A DNA stretch of 34,204 nucleotides from Gemmatimonadota bacterium. GTDB taxonomy: Bacteria; Gemmatimonadota; Gemmatimonadetes; Gemmatimonadales; GWC2-71-9. How positions within the stretch are numbered: the first letter of the stretch is position 1; each line of letters opens with the position of its first letter. Below, in pieces: positions 1 through 7,075 of the stretch. The stretch is taken from positions 1 through 34,204 of the forward strand of contig JAZDCZ010000160.1 of assembly GCA_036679605.1 (NCBI GenBank). The letters run 5' to 3'. A model generated the notes under the pieces. The model was not told where the DNA came from. It made no database searches and saw only the letters and a program-made list of their open reading frames with translations. The position numbers and the translations under genes are program-made.

Positions 1-3000
1 ATGTAGTGGTTGTCGGCCTCTCCTCCGAAGATGAACTTCGGGGCGATCTTGGATTTGTGAAACAGGGTGTCGGTCTGATGCATTGGCATCGCCCACTCGC
101 GCGTAATGCTCTGCTGCGACCCGTAGCGGAAGTTGGCCTGGTAGCCGGTTTCCGACAAGGCTCGCCCATCGGCACGTGTCTCGTGGGCCTTGACCGTCCT
201 CTCCGTGGCGATCCACGTCCCGTGCTTCATCATCACCACGTGATACGGGTACGCAGGATTGTACTTAGCCCGCAGCATCAAACGCGCGACCTTGTAGAAT
301 GGATCCAAACGCGCGACCTTGTAGAATGGATCCTTCGGGTCGGCGCCCTTGTAGGGACGATCCGCAGGGTTCGCGTCCACGTAGATACAGTCCCCATCGC
401 TAATTCCCAGGTCCTTGGCGGCCTCGGGATTGATGTGAAGCTGGTGGTCTCCCGAGTCTGGCAACCGCTTGTCTTCGCGAAGCGCGTCACCGAAGTTGCT
501 CGCCCACACCCGGTGCCACATGACATTGGCCCATTGGGAATGGACGGTGTGCCTGGTCTTCGGTGTCAAACAATAGAACTTGAAACCGTCCTCCCAGAGC
601 GGATTTTTGGTATTCCTGACCTTGGCCCAAGGCATTTTCACGTTGCGGACGTGACGCGCCTCGGCATCCATTTCATCAAGCGGAATTCCGTAGTCCTCGG
701 GACGTACGAGAGGATTGCTGGACACGATCGCGTTGGGCAAATAGGGCGTCGCCTCGGGCCCCTCGCGGTGCACGACGAAGTTCTCTCCGTACTCTAGCGC
801 CTCGGGAATATCGCAGTAACTGTGCAGCCGGCCAGAATCGGTGAAGAACGGCTTATCCTCGCGGATCTGCTCCCAGAACGGAATGCGCGGATATGTTCTG
901 AAAAGCATGAGCGCCGCGCCGGGCTCACCGTGCTTGCCCTCGATGATGTCCTTGAATTTATAACCGGACGTCGTCGTTGACGCATCCAGAAGCCTCTGGA
1001 TGTAGACCTCGGTCTTTTTCTCGAGTGCGAACTTCCAGTATTTCGCAAAGCGGCCGTCGTCGAGCAACTCGCCCAACTTTTCTGCCACGCCGGCAAGTAT
1101 GATCACGTCGTCTCGCGAATCGAACTGCGAGTCGATGCTGCCTTTCCAGATCTGCAAGAAAGGGTTGGAGCAAGAGCAGGTGATTTCCTGGGTCTCGGTT
1201 TCCATCCACCAGTTGGCAGGGAAAGCAACGTCGGAATATTCAGTGGTAGCGTTGAGCTCGATATCGCTCCCGACGATCATCGCGCACCTGGGGATGACGT
1301 TCTTGATGACGTTATACGCCCACTTGGAGTTGTTGATGTGGTTGACGTTGGTATAGAAAAACGCCTTAGTCGGCGACGGCATATGAGTAGCGCCGGTGAA
1401 AACCTTGCGACCATACTTGGGCGTATCTACGATCAGTGGATGGTCGCCATGCGGCCAATAGGCGGCACTTTCATCGAGCCCGTAGCCCTTGACCGGGACG
1501 TCTTTCCCCTTGGTGCGACTGCTCAGATCGGGTTTGAACGGGTCCTCGGCCACCCAGGCGCCGAGCCCCTTGCCCACCCCGGGAGCGGCCTGAAAGTTGG
1601 CAGCCTTGTAATTACCGGCCCAGGTGAAAGAGCCGGCGCCGGGTCTGCCGATATTGCCGGTCAGCATCAGCGGCAGGTAGGTGGCCCGATTCACCTGAGT
1701 AGCGTGGAACCAGTGGTTGATTCCCTCGCCGACGTGAACCGCAACCGGGTCGGTGGTGGCAATGTCTTCGGCCAGTCGCTCGATGAGAGCTTTCGGGGCC
1801 TGCGTGATCTCGGCGACGGTGTCGATGTCGTAGTCCTTAAGATGGATCTTGTAGGCTTCCCAGACGGTCATGGCTTCGACCTGCGTGCCGTCGACGAGCT
1901 TCACTGTGCCTTTCCACTCGAGGACGGGGTCGATGCCTCGGTCCTTCATGGCTGAGCCGATTTCGTCGCGCGTGATGGCCTTGAACTCACCACCCGCATC
2001 GCGGACTACGTAATCTCCGAGCTTCTCGTACTGCTCGCGCGTCAGCCCCTGCTCCTTGAAGCTCGGACCGCTGGCCTTCAGCCCCGGCTGGTAGTCGGCA
2101 AAGAGATCGGCGGCGTCGATTCGCTCTAGGTTGTCGGTGCGAAGGAGAAGCGGAAAGTCGGTAAATTCCTTAACGAACGGAGCATTGTAGCGGCCGCTGT
2201 CCATCAGGATTTTAGTGATTCCCAGAAACAGTGCAGCGTCGGATGACGGCCGGATCGGAATCCAGTAGTCGGCCTTGGTTGCCGGAGGACTGTACTCCGG
2301 GGTAATCACGACGACCTTTGCTCCACGCTCTATCGATTCGATGAACCAGTGGGAGTCGGGCATCTTGTTTTCCACCAAGTTTTTCCCCACTTGGATGTGG
2401 AGCTTGGTGTTTCGCAGGTCGTTGAAATCGCAGTCGGCGGCCTGCAAGCCGTGGACGAAAGGGTGGCCGGGCGCCTGGTCGCCGTGTTCGGTGTAGTTGT
2501 CCCAGTTCCGACCGCCCTTGGCTTCCTTCTCGTCGACGCCACGAACATGGGTGTCGACAAGGGCCATCATGTTCGAGAAACGGTACATCCCAAACTTCCC
2601 GATAACACCCAGCAGGCCCATTCCACCACGGAATTTTAGGGTGCGGGTTCCGGCACCTTGCATTCGGGTGACCATCTCGGGAGGGTACCCCTCGTCCAGC
2701 AACCGCTTGGCGCCTTCCGGACCGCTGTATTGCTTCGCGATAGCCACGAACCCGGCCGCTACCAACTTCATAGCGTCGTCCCACTCGGCGGGTTGCAACT
2801 CATCGGTGCCACGACTGTCGAATTTATATTTGGTTTTGAGTTCCGGAGTCAGATAAGGGTAGCCGTCTTCCGCCCATTCTCGCCAGCCCTTACGCACAAC
2901 GGGAGTTTTGAGACGATTCGGCCCGTAAATCCGTTGGGCAATCGTGAAACCCTTCGGACACATGCGAGGATTCCAGTTGATCGTAGCTTTGTTGCCGTAG

Positions 3001-3302
3001 AGGTCTTGATATTTCTGGATGTCGTAGTTTTGTTCTGTGCGGGTGACAATGCCGTTTCGTACAATCGCCCTCACCCGGCAGGAATGCGTGTCGTTAGGTG
3101 AACAGACGAAGGTAAACGAAGAATCGTAACGATACTGGTTCCGATACACCTCCTCCCAGCCACGATCCGGATAAAAATCCAGCGGATTGTCAATACCTAC
3201 GATCGGTTTCAGAAAAGCGTAAGCTGGTGACGTAAAGACTGCTCCCGCCACCCCGGTCAACCCTGCGATCTTCAAAAAACCGCGTCGTGAGATTCGATCC
3301 AT
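1..3302 (-). CDS. nxrA: Periplasmic nitrite oxidoreductase alpha subunit-like Mo-bisPGD enzyme (Nitrospira/Nitrospina/anammox type), 3' end truncated by the window edge
   Basis: Manually translated: ATG at 3302 after GGAGG RBS; MDRISRRGFLK Tat motif; FS0 motif CSPNDTHSC...RMCPKG (C-x3-D-x3-C...C); Mo-ligand segment NYTEHGDQAPGHP (Asp275); GKNLVENKMP, GEGINHWFHA, TWAGNYK, HREGPEATPYLPN, RYGSQQSITR motifs. Frame stays open for about 1100 codons to position 1, so the ORF track misses it. Confidence 0.93.
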   Translation of the reverse strand, partial: MDRISRRGFLKIAGLTGVAGAVFTSPAYAFLKPIVGIDNPLDFYPDRGWEEVYRNQYRYDSSFTFVCSPNDTHSCRVRAIVRNGIVTRTEQNYDIQKYQDLYGNKATINWNPRMCPKGFTIAQRIYGPNRLKTPVVRKGWREWAEDGYPYLTPELKTKYKFDSRGTDELQPAEWDDAMKLVAAGFVAIAKQYSGPEGAKRLLDEGYPPEMVTRMQGAGTRTLKFRGGMGLLGVIGKFGMYRFSNMMALVDTHVRGVDEKEAKGGRNWDNYTEHGDQAPGHPFVHGLQAADCDFNDLRNTKLHIQVGKNLVENKMPDSHWFIESIERGAKVVVITPEYSPPATKADYWIPIRPSSDAALFLGITKILMDSGRYNAPFVKEFTDFPLLLRTDNLERIDAADLFADYQPGLKASGPSFKEQGLTREQYEKLGDYVVRDAGGEFKAITRDEIGSAMKDRGIDPVLEWKGTVKLVDGTQVEAMTVWEAYKIHLKDYDIDTVAEITQAPKALIERLAEDIATTDPVAVHVGEGINHWFHATQVNRATYLPLMLTGNIGRPGAGSFTWAGNYKAANFQAAPGVGKGLGAWVAEDPFKPDLSSRTKGKDVPVKGYGLDESAAYWPHGDHPLIVDTPKYGRKVFTGATHMPSPTKAFFYTNVNHINNSKWAYNVIKNVIPRCAMIVGSDIELNATTEYSDVAFPANWWMETETQEITCSCSNPFLQIWKGSIDSQFDSRDDVIILAGVAEKLGELLDDGRFAKYWKFALEKKTEVYIQRLLDASTTTSGYKFKDIIEGKHGEPGAALMLFRTYPRIPFWEQIREDKPFFTDSGRLHSYCDIPEALEYGENFVVHREGPEATPYLPNAIVSSNPLVRPEDYGIPLDEMDAEARHVRNVKMPWAKVRNTKNPLWEDGFKFYCLTPKTRHTVHSQWANVMWHRVWASNFGDALREDKRLPDSGDHQLHINPEAAKDLGISDGDCIYVDANPADRPYKGADPKDPFYKVARLDPFYKVARLMLRAKYNPAYPYHVVMMKHGTWIATERTVKAHETRADGRALSETGYQANFRYGSQQSITREWAMPMHQTDTLFHKSKIAPKFIFGGEADNHY
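279..332. repeat. Perfect 27-bp tandem duplication inside nxrA (DPFYKVARL x2)
   Basis: CAAACGCGCGACCTTGTAGAATGGATC occurs at 279-305 and again at 306-332; in frame. Confidence 0.95.
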
Positions 3303-3305
3303 TGC

Positions 3306-3488
3306 TTAAACCTCCGGTTTGTCCGCGCCCTGACTGTGGTAGCCCCCGACGTTGCTGCGTGAAATTGAGTGTGAGTCAACGGTCGCGGACACATCGCCCG
3401 GTTTCTGCCATGTAGCCGCGTCGCAGGCATGACCGATCCCGACTACCCACCTGACCACCCGTACTCGTCTTCGAATCTTCATGTCCAC
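3306..3488 (-). CDS. Possible small upstream ORF / leader peptide of nxrA (58-60 aa)
   Basis: GAGGTG RBS-like sequence precedes GTG 3488 / ATG 3482; its TAA lies 3 nt before the nxrA ATG; no recognisable domain. Confidence 0.25.
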   Translation of the reverse strand: MDMKIRRRVRVVRWVVGIGHACDAATWQKPGDVSATVDSHSISRSNVGGYHSQGADKPEV

Positions 3489-3502
3489 TGGCTCACCTCA
3501 AC

Positions 3503-3580
3503 ATTAGGAAAAACACTCATTAAGATTAAAATTCCTAATTTACGACCTTTAACTCATAAACCTTAACTCATAAATAGAGT
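3503..3580. promoter_or_regulatory. Candidate operator sites overlapping the nxrA promoter
   Basis: Direct repeat TTAACTCATAAA at 3549-3560 and 3563-3574; dyad ACTC-N7-GAGT at 3566-3580; inverted repeat ATTAGGAA (3503-3510) / TTCCTAAT (3532-3539). Confidence 0.45.
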
Positions 3581-3589
3581 GCATGTCAA
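3560..3589 (-). promoter_or_regulatory. Putative sigma70 promoter of nxrA (-35 TTGACA, -10 TAAGGT, 18-bp spacer)
   Basis: Minus-strand TTGACA at 3589-3584 and TAAGGT at 3565-3560 in an AT-rich island of a GC-rich window. Confidence 0.6.
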
Positions 3590-3616
3590 TTTTATTCCAC
3601 ATACCCTAGCCGACGC

Positions 3617-4042
3617 TTACGAGACTCTGCTCACTGCGACCCGAGCCAAGTCGGCCACGGTCGCCGAGGCCAACCCCGAGACCAGGCGTGCTTTCATGGG
3701 CTTCCAGTATTCATGCAGGGGACACGGCTTAAGATCGGAACAAGCCGCCAGGCCGAGGAAACACTGCTCCATCGACCCCACGCCGTCGACCGACTCGACG
3801 ACCTCGAGAACCGTTATCTTGTGTGGTGGCAGGGCCAAACGGACGCCGCCCCTGGGCCCCCGGAAGGAGTCGAGGAAGCCTGCCTGGACTAAGTCGCCCA
3901 CAAGCTTGGCCAAGAAAGGATAAGGAATCCCCTCGGCATCGGCTATCTCGCGCACCCGTAGACTCTCCGATGCGCTACGTCCGGCCATATACACGAGCAC
4001 CCGGATCGCATACTGTGCAGGCGCCGAAATCCCTAGAGACAT
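3617..4042 (-). CDS. Rrf2-family transcriptional regulator with Fe-S cluster ligands (IscR-like)
   Basis: YAIRVLVYMA...EIADAEGIPYPFLAKLVGDLVQAGFLDSFRGPRGGVRLA winged HTH; C-terminal CFLGLAACSDLKPCPLH (C-x6-C-x5-C-x2-H); AAGGA RBS. Confidence 0.93.
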   Translation of the reverse strand: MSLGISAPAQYAIRVLVYMAGRSASESLRVREIADAEGIPYPFLAKLVGDLVQAGFLDSFRGPRGGVRLALPPHKITVLEVVESVDGVGSMEQCFLGLAACSDLKPCPLHEYWKPMKARLVSGLASATVADLARVAVSRVS

Positions 4043-4090
4043 GGTCCTTAAATAACCGACCCCGTGACCCTTGTCACGCTATTTAGGACC
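4043..4090. promoter_or_regulatory. Nested inverted repeat between the Rrf2 gene and the divergent hypothetical genes
   Basis: GGTCCTTAAATA (4043-4054) / TATTTAGGACC (4080-4090) enclosing CGTGAC-cctt-GTCACG (4063-4078); covers the Rrf2 RBS. Confidence 0.45.
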
Positions 4091-4243
4091 TTCTACTCTT
4101 TTTTTGGCCAACACCTGTCCAGCCGCCGTCATAATAGGGTCGCGCCAACCAGGCACGACCCTGAATGTGTTGCCGGGGTCTGCCTCCTAGGCGGCGTTCG
4201 TGATAGGTCGTCGCTGAGGGTCGGTTACGGGACATCGAGGTCA

Positions 4244-4804
4244 ATGGGCGATCGACCGCAGAAGCGAACACCCCGGCGATGGGTCGGGCGGCTGGTGGTG
4301 GCAGTCTGCCTCATCGTGGTCGGCATCTGGTTTGACGTGGCGTTCAACCTCGCGGAAAAGATCGTTTTGTTGGAAAATCAGTGGTTTCATGAAGAAGTCC
4401 TGCAAGTGGACCCGCCGCATTGGGACGTAGTCAACGAGGAACGCGCGATCTATCGCTTGGAGATCGAAGCGCACGTGCGCTTCACCGCGAAGCCGGCCTA
4501 TACGCTACGCGTGACGTTCCCATCGGCTTTCGCGCTTATCAACCGGGCAGAGTTCGAGCTGGCAGCAAAGCGCAAGTCCGCAGCCGAGACGCAGATCCGC
4601 ACTTCCATCGACCACCGTCGCTACCGCGACCTCGAGCACACCCTCGTGCTCTTCCTCTACCCTGACGACGCCAGCAGCGGGGGCCCGGTTACAGTGGAGC
4701 TGCTCGATGGAGATCGGATCCTGGCGCGTAGAACTCTACTGCAACTGCAGGTCCGCAAGGCCAAAGGCATAGCGGCGTTCGAAGCGGCCGATCGCACGCG
4801 ATAG
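4244..4804 (+). CDS. Hypothetical membrane-anchored exported protein (186 aa)
   Basis: ATG 4244 after GAGGT; basic N-terminus then hydrophobic helix (LVVAVCLIVVGIWF), then a soluble beta-rich region. The track's 4064 start runs through the regulatory region. Confidence 0.65.
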   Translation: MGDRPQKRTPRRWVGRLVVAVCLIVVGIWFDVAFNLAEKIVLLENQWFHEEVLQVDPPHWDVVNEERAIYRLEIEAHVRFTAKPAYTLRVTFPSAFALINRAEFELAAKRKSAAETQIRTSIDHRRYRDLEHTLVLFLYPDDASSGGPVTVELLDGDRILARRTLLQLQVRKAKGIAAFEAADRTR

Positions 4805-4814
4805 TGTCATCGGC

Positions 4815-5135
4815 ATGGGACAGGCGGGAAATAAGCAAGGGGAAAAGAAAGGGGCGTTGTCCGCAGCATGGCCCGATGGGACCGTCGAGCTCACGGAGAC
4901 GGACGTAGCGCATCTCGACCGCATGCTGCGTGGGGAACAGCGCTTCCGGGTTGTAGTGATCATTAATCTGCTGGTAGCGACCGCGCTCACGACCTACTGG
5001 TCGTTGTCCGGACACTGGAGTGGTGCTCGTGCTGTCGTTCTCGTCTTGATTCTTCTGAGTGCTCGCGCCCACCTGCGTCATCGACGCAGCGCACAGTTGC
5101 TGCGTCGGCTTACGGCATCCCGAGATGCGGACTGA
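4815..5135 (+). CDS. Hypothetical small membrane protein (two TM helices)
   Basis: 10 nt downstream of the previous gene; two hydrophobic segments (VVVIINLLVATALTTYW; AVVLVLILLSA). Confidence 0.6.
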   Translation: MGQAGNKQGEKKGALSAAWPDGTVELTETDVAHLDRMLRGEQRFRVVVIINLLVATALTTYWSLSGHWSGARAVVLVLILLSARAHLRHRRSAQLLRRLTASRDAD

Positions 5136-5206
5136 ACGCGAAGCAGTGGTCTCGGCGGTAGTTCAATTCTCGAGCGTTGGTCTGGGGTTCGATGGGCCGC
5201 CGGCCA

Positions 5207-7075
5207 CTACGTTGATGTTCTCAGCTCTTGAATCAACTCCAGGGACACCACCGGGGCCTTGACCTGACGAGCATGGCGCTCGATTCGGGTCTTCAGCTCG
5301 TCTTCAGAGCCGGCAACCTGGCCAAGCCACTCAAGTGCCTCGGGTGTCCAGGGGAGGCCCTTTGCCGGCACCGCGTCCAGGTAACGGCGAAACTTATCGA
5401 GGATCTCGCGGTTCTTGGTCGTTCGGTCGGCCAAGAACCCCTCGATCTGTCCAATGACTCCCACCTTGTTGACGTTCTTTCTCATCCGGTGTTTTGCTTC
5501 CGTGAAGGCCTCTTCGGTTAGTTCCTCGAATCCGAAACGCCGGATGACTTTCGCCACCCGCAGCATGGACTCGTTGCGAATTTCGCTTAGAAAGTCCGAG
5601 CCGATCACGGCATGGCCTCGTGTGCGCGCGCGGATCTCCATGAGCTTGACGATTCCGGGGCGGACGAAAGCAGGCGCGTCCTCCACTCGTCTGCGCGCTT
5701 CTTCGCTCCACGTAACGGCGTCCGAGACCAGCCCTCGGTCGACTCGTCCAGGCTGCGGTAACCCTCCGCCACTGGCCATGCTTTGCCGCCGAACCTGCTG
5801 CATCAGCTCCACCGTGACCGTTCCGAGCCCGGCTTCCCTTGCGGCTTTCTCCACGCCACGAATGGCCATCCCTCGAATGAACGACGGCACCTTACTGAGA
5901 CGCTCCGAGGCCTCCACGCTCCAGGACAGCGAGGGCTCGTCTTCGAGACCAAAGGTCCGGTCCTCACTAACACGGACCCTGCTCGGCCCATCGTTCACCT
6001 GCGGCTGGTGAACGCATGATGGATCTTCAGCCATCGCCTCCCCCGTCACAGCCAAGGCCCGAGCACGACAGCCCCCGCAAAGCTCGTTGAACTCGCAGTC
6101 TCCGCAGCGTCCATCCAATGCGCGGCGAGCGCGCAACTCGACGAAGCGCGGCGAGCGCTCCCAGATCTCCGCGAGTGGCCGTTCCCGGAGACTCTCACCG
6201 TCGGCGGGCATGTAAGGACACGGCGTCACCTGCCCCGATGGGTCTATGCGGCAATAGTGGGTCGCGGCCGGACAGCCGCCCTGATACGAGGCTAGGAACG
6301 GCGAGTCCGGATCGTGCTGATGGACAATGCGCTTGTAGTGCGGCGCGCATTTCACGCCTATGAGGAGTTCCCCCCTCATGCGCTCTTGCAGCAAGTAGAT
6401 CGCTTCCAGCGCAGCCTCGTACTCGACGGGTGAAAGATCCGTCAACTCCTGCCCACGGCCGGTGCACACCAAGAAGTAAAGATTCAAGGCCGTCGCTCCC
6501 AGATCTCGCGCAAGTTCAGCCATGGGTGCCAGCTGGTGACGATTCCAGGAGAAAATCGAAGTTTGAACGAGAAAATCGAGCTCGACTTTTCGCATCGCCT
6601 CGATCCCGTCCATCGCGCGCCGCCACGCTCCACTGACGCCCCGTAGCTGATCGTGTAGCGAGGGCTCGACCGAGTCGAGGCTGACGCCGGCTCCGCTGAG
6701 ACCCGCTTCCTTGAGATCCGCGGCTACCCCTTCGGTAATCTGCGTGGCGTTGGTTCCCAAGACCACCGTCATGCCGAAGGAGGCCGCGTCGGCGACGATG
6801 TCACGTAAGTATGGATGCAGCAGCGGCTCACCACCGGTCAAAATGAGGAACAACCGTGGATTGATCTCGGAGAGTTGGCAAACGACCTCGTGGCATTCCT
6901 CCCTTGTGAGCTGCTCTGAATGGGCGGCCGCTCGCGCCGTGGCATTCAAATAGCAGTGCTCGCAGCGAAGGTTGCAGCGCTGCGTCAGGTTCCAGGAGAC
7001 TGCATGTAAGGTACTGCCCACGACGACGACGGCTGGTCCGTCCTCAGCCGGCACTAGCACCGGCGATCTTGGCAC
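5207..7075 (-). CDS. Radical SAM/SPASM enzyme (AhbD/AhbC/NirJ-like) with three C-terminal PCP_red (BchB C-terminal-like) domains
   Basis: WNLTQRCNLRCEHCY (CxxxCxxC), LTGGEPL, FLVCTGRG, KCAPHYKR; SPASM cysteines CPAATHYC...PCPY...CGDCEFNELCGGCRARA...DPSC; repeats of W-x2-EA-x2-R-x3-P-x-F-x-R. Exact start uncertain. Confidence 0.88.
   Translation of the reverse strand: MPRSPVLVPAEDGPAVVVVGSTLHAVSWNLTQRCNLRCEHCYLNATARAAAHSEQLTREECHEVVCQLSEINPRLFLILTGGEPLLHPYLRDIVADAASFGMTVVLGTNATQITEGVAADLKEAGLSGAGVSLDSVEPSLHDQLRGVSGAWRRAMDGIEAMRKVELDFLVQTSIFSWNRHQLAPMAELARDLGATALNLYFLVCTGRGQELTDLSPVEYEAALEAIYLLQERMRGELLIGVKCAPHYKRIVHQHDPDSPFLASYQGGCPAATHYCRIDPSGQVTPCPYMPADGESLRERPLAEIWERSPRFVELRARRALDGRCGDCEFNELCGGCRARALAVTGEAMAEDPSCVHQPQVNDGPSRVRVSEDRTFGLEDEPSLSWSVEASERLSKVPSFIRGMAIRGVEKAAREAGLGTVTVELMQQVRRQSMASGGGLPQPGRVDRGLVSDAVTWSEEARRRVEDAPAFVRPGIVKLMEIRARTRGHAVIGSDFLSEIRNESMLRVAKVIRRFGFEELTEEAFTEAKHRMRKNVNKVGVIGQIEGFLADRTTKNREILDKFRRYLDAVPAKGLPWTPEALEWLGQVAGSEDELKTRIERHARQVKAPVVSLELIQELRTST

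Noticed and set aside
279..332. 27-bp direct repeat as a CRISPR remnant
   Set aside because: Two adjacent copies, no spacer, in frame within a CDS, and no cas genes.
6..3101. Plus-strand ORFs (6-797, 1338-1955, 2658-3101 and others) and short minus-strand ORFs in other frames
   Set aside because: Shadows of the continuous nxrA-like frame on the minus strand; no motifs of their own.
1..3302. Calling the Mo enzyme NarG (respiratory nitrate reductase)
   Set aside because: Tat signal and C-x3-D-x3-C FS0 motif differ from the H-x3-C-x3-C motif of NarG.
3303..3553. Moco riboswitch upstream of a molybdoenzyme
   Set aside because: The conserved sequence elements I remember for that motif are not visible; an Rfam scan would settle it.
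5136..5206. Intrinsic terminator between the convergent genes
   Set aside because: No convincing GC stem followed by a U tract on either strand.
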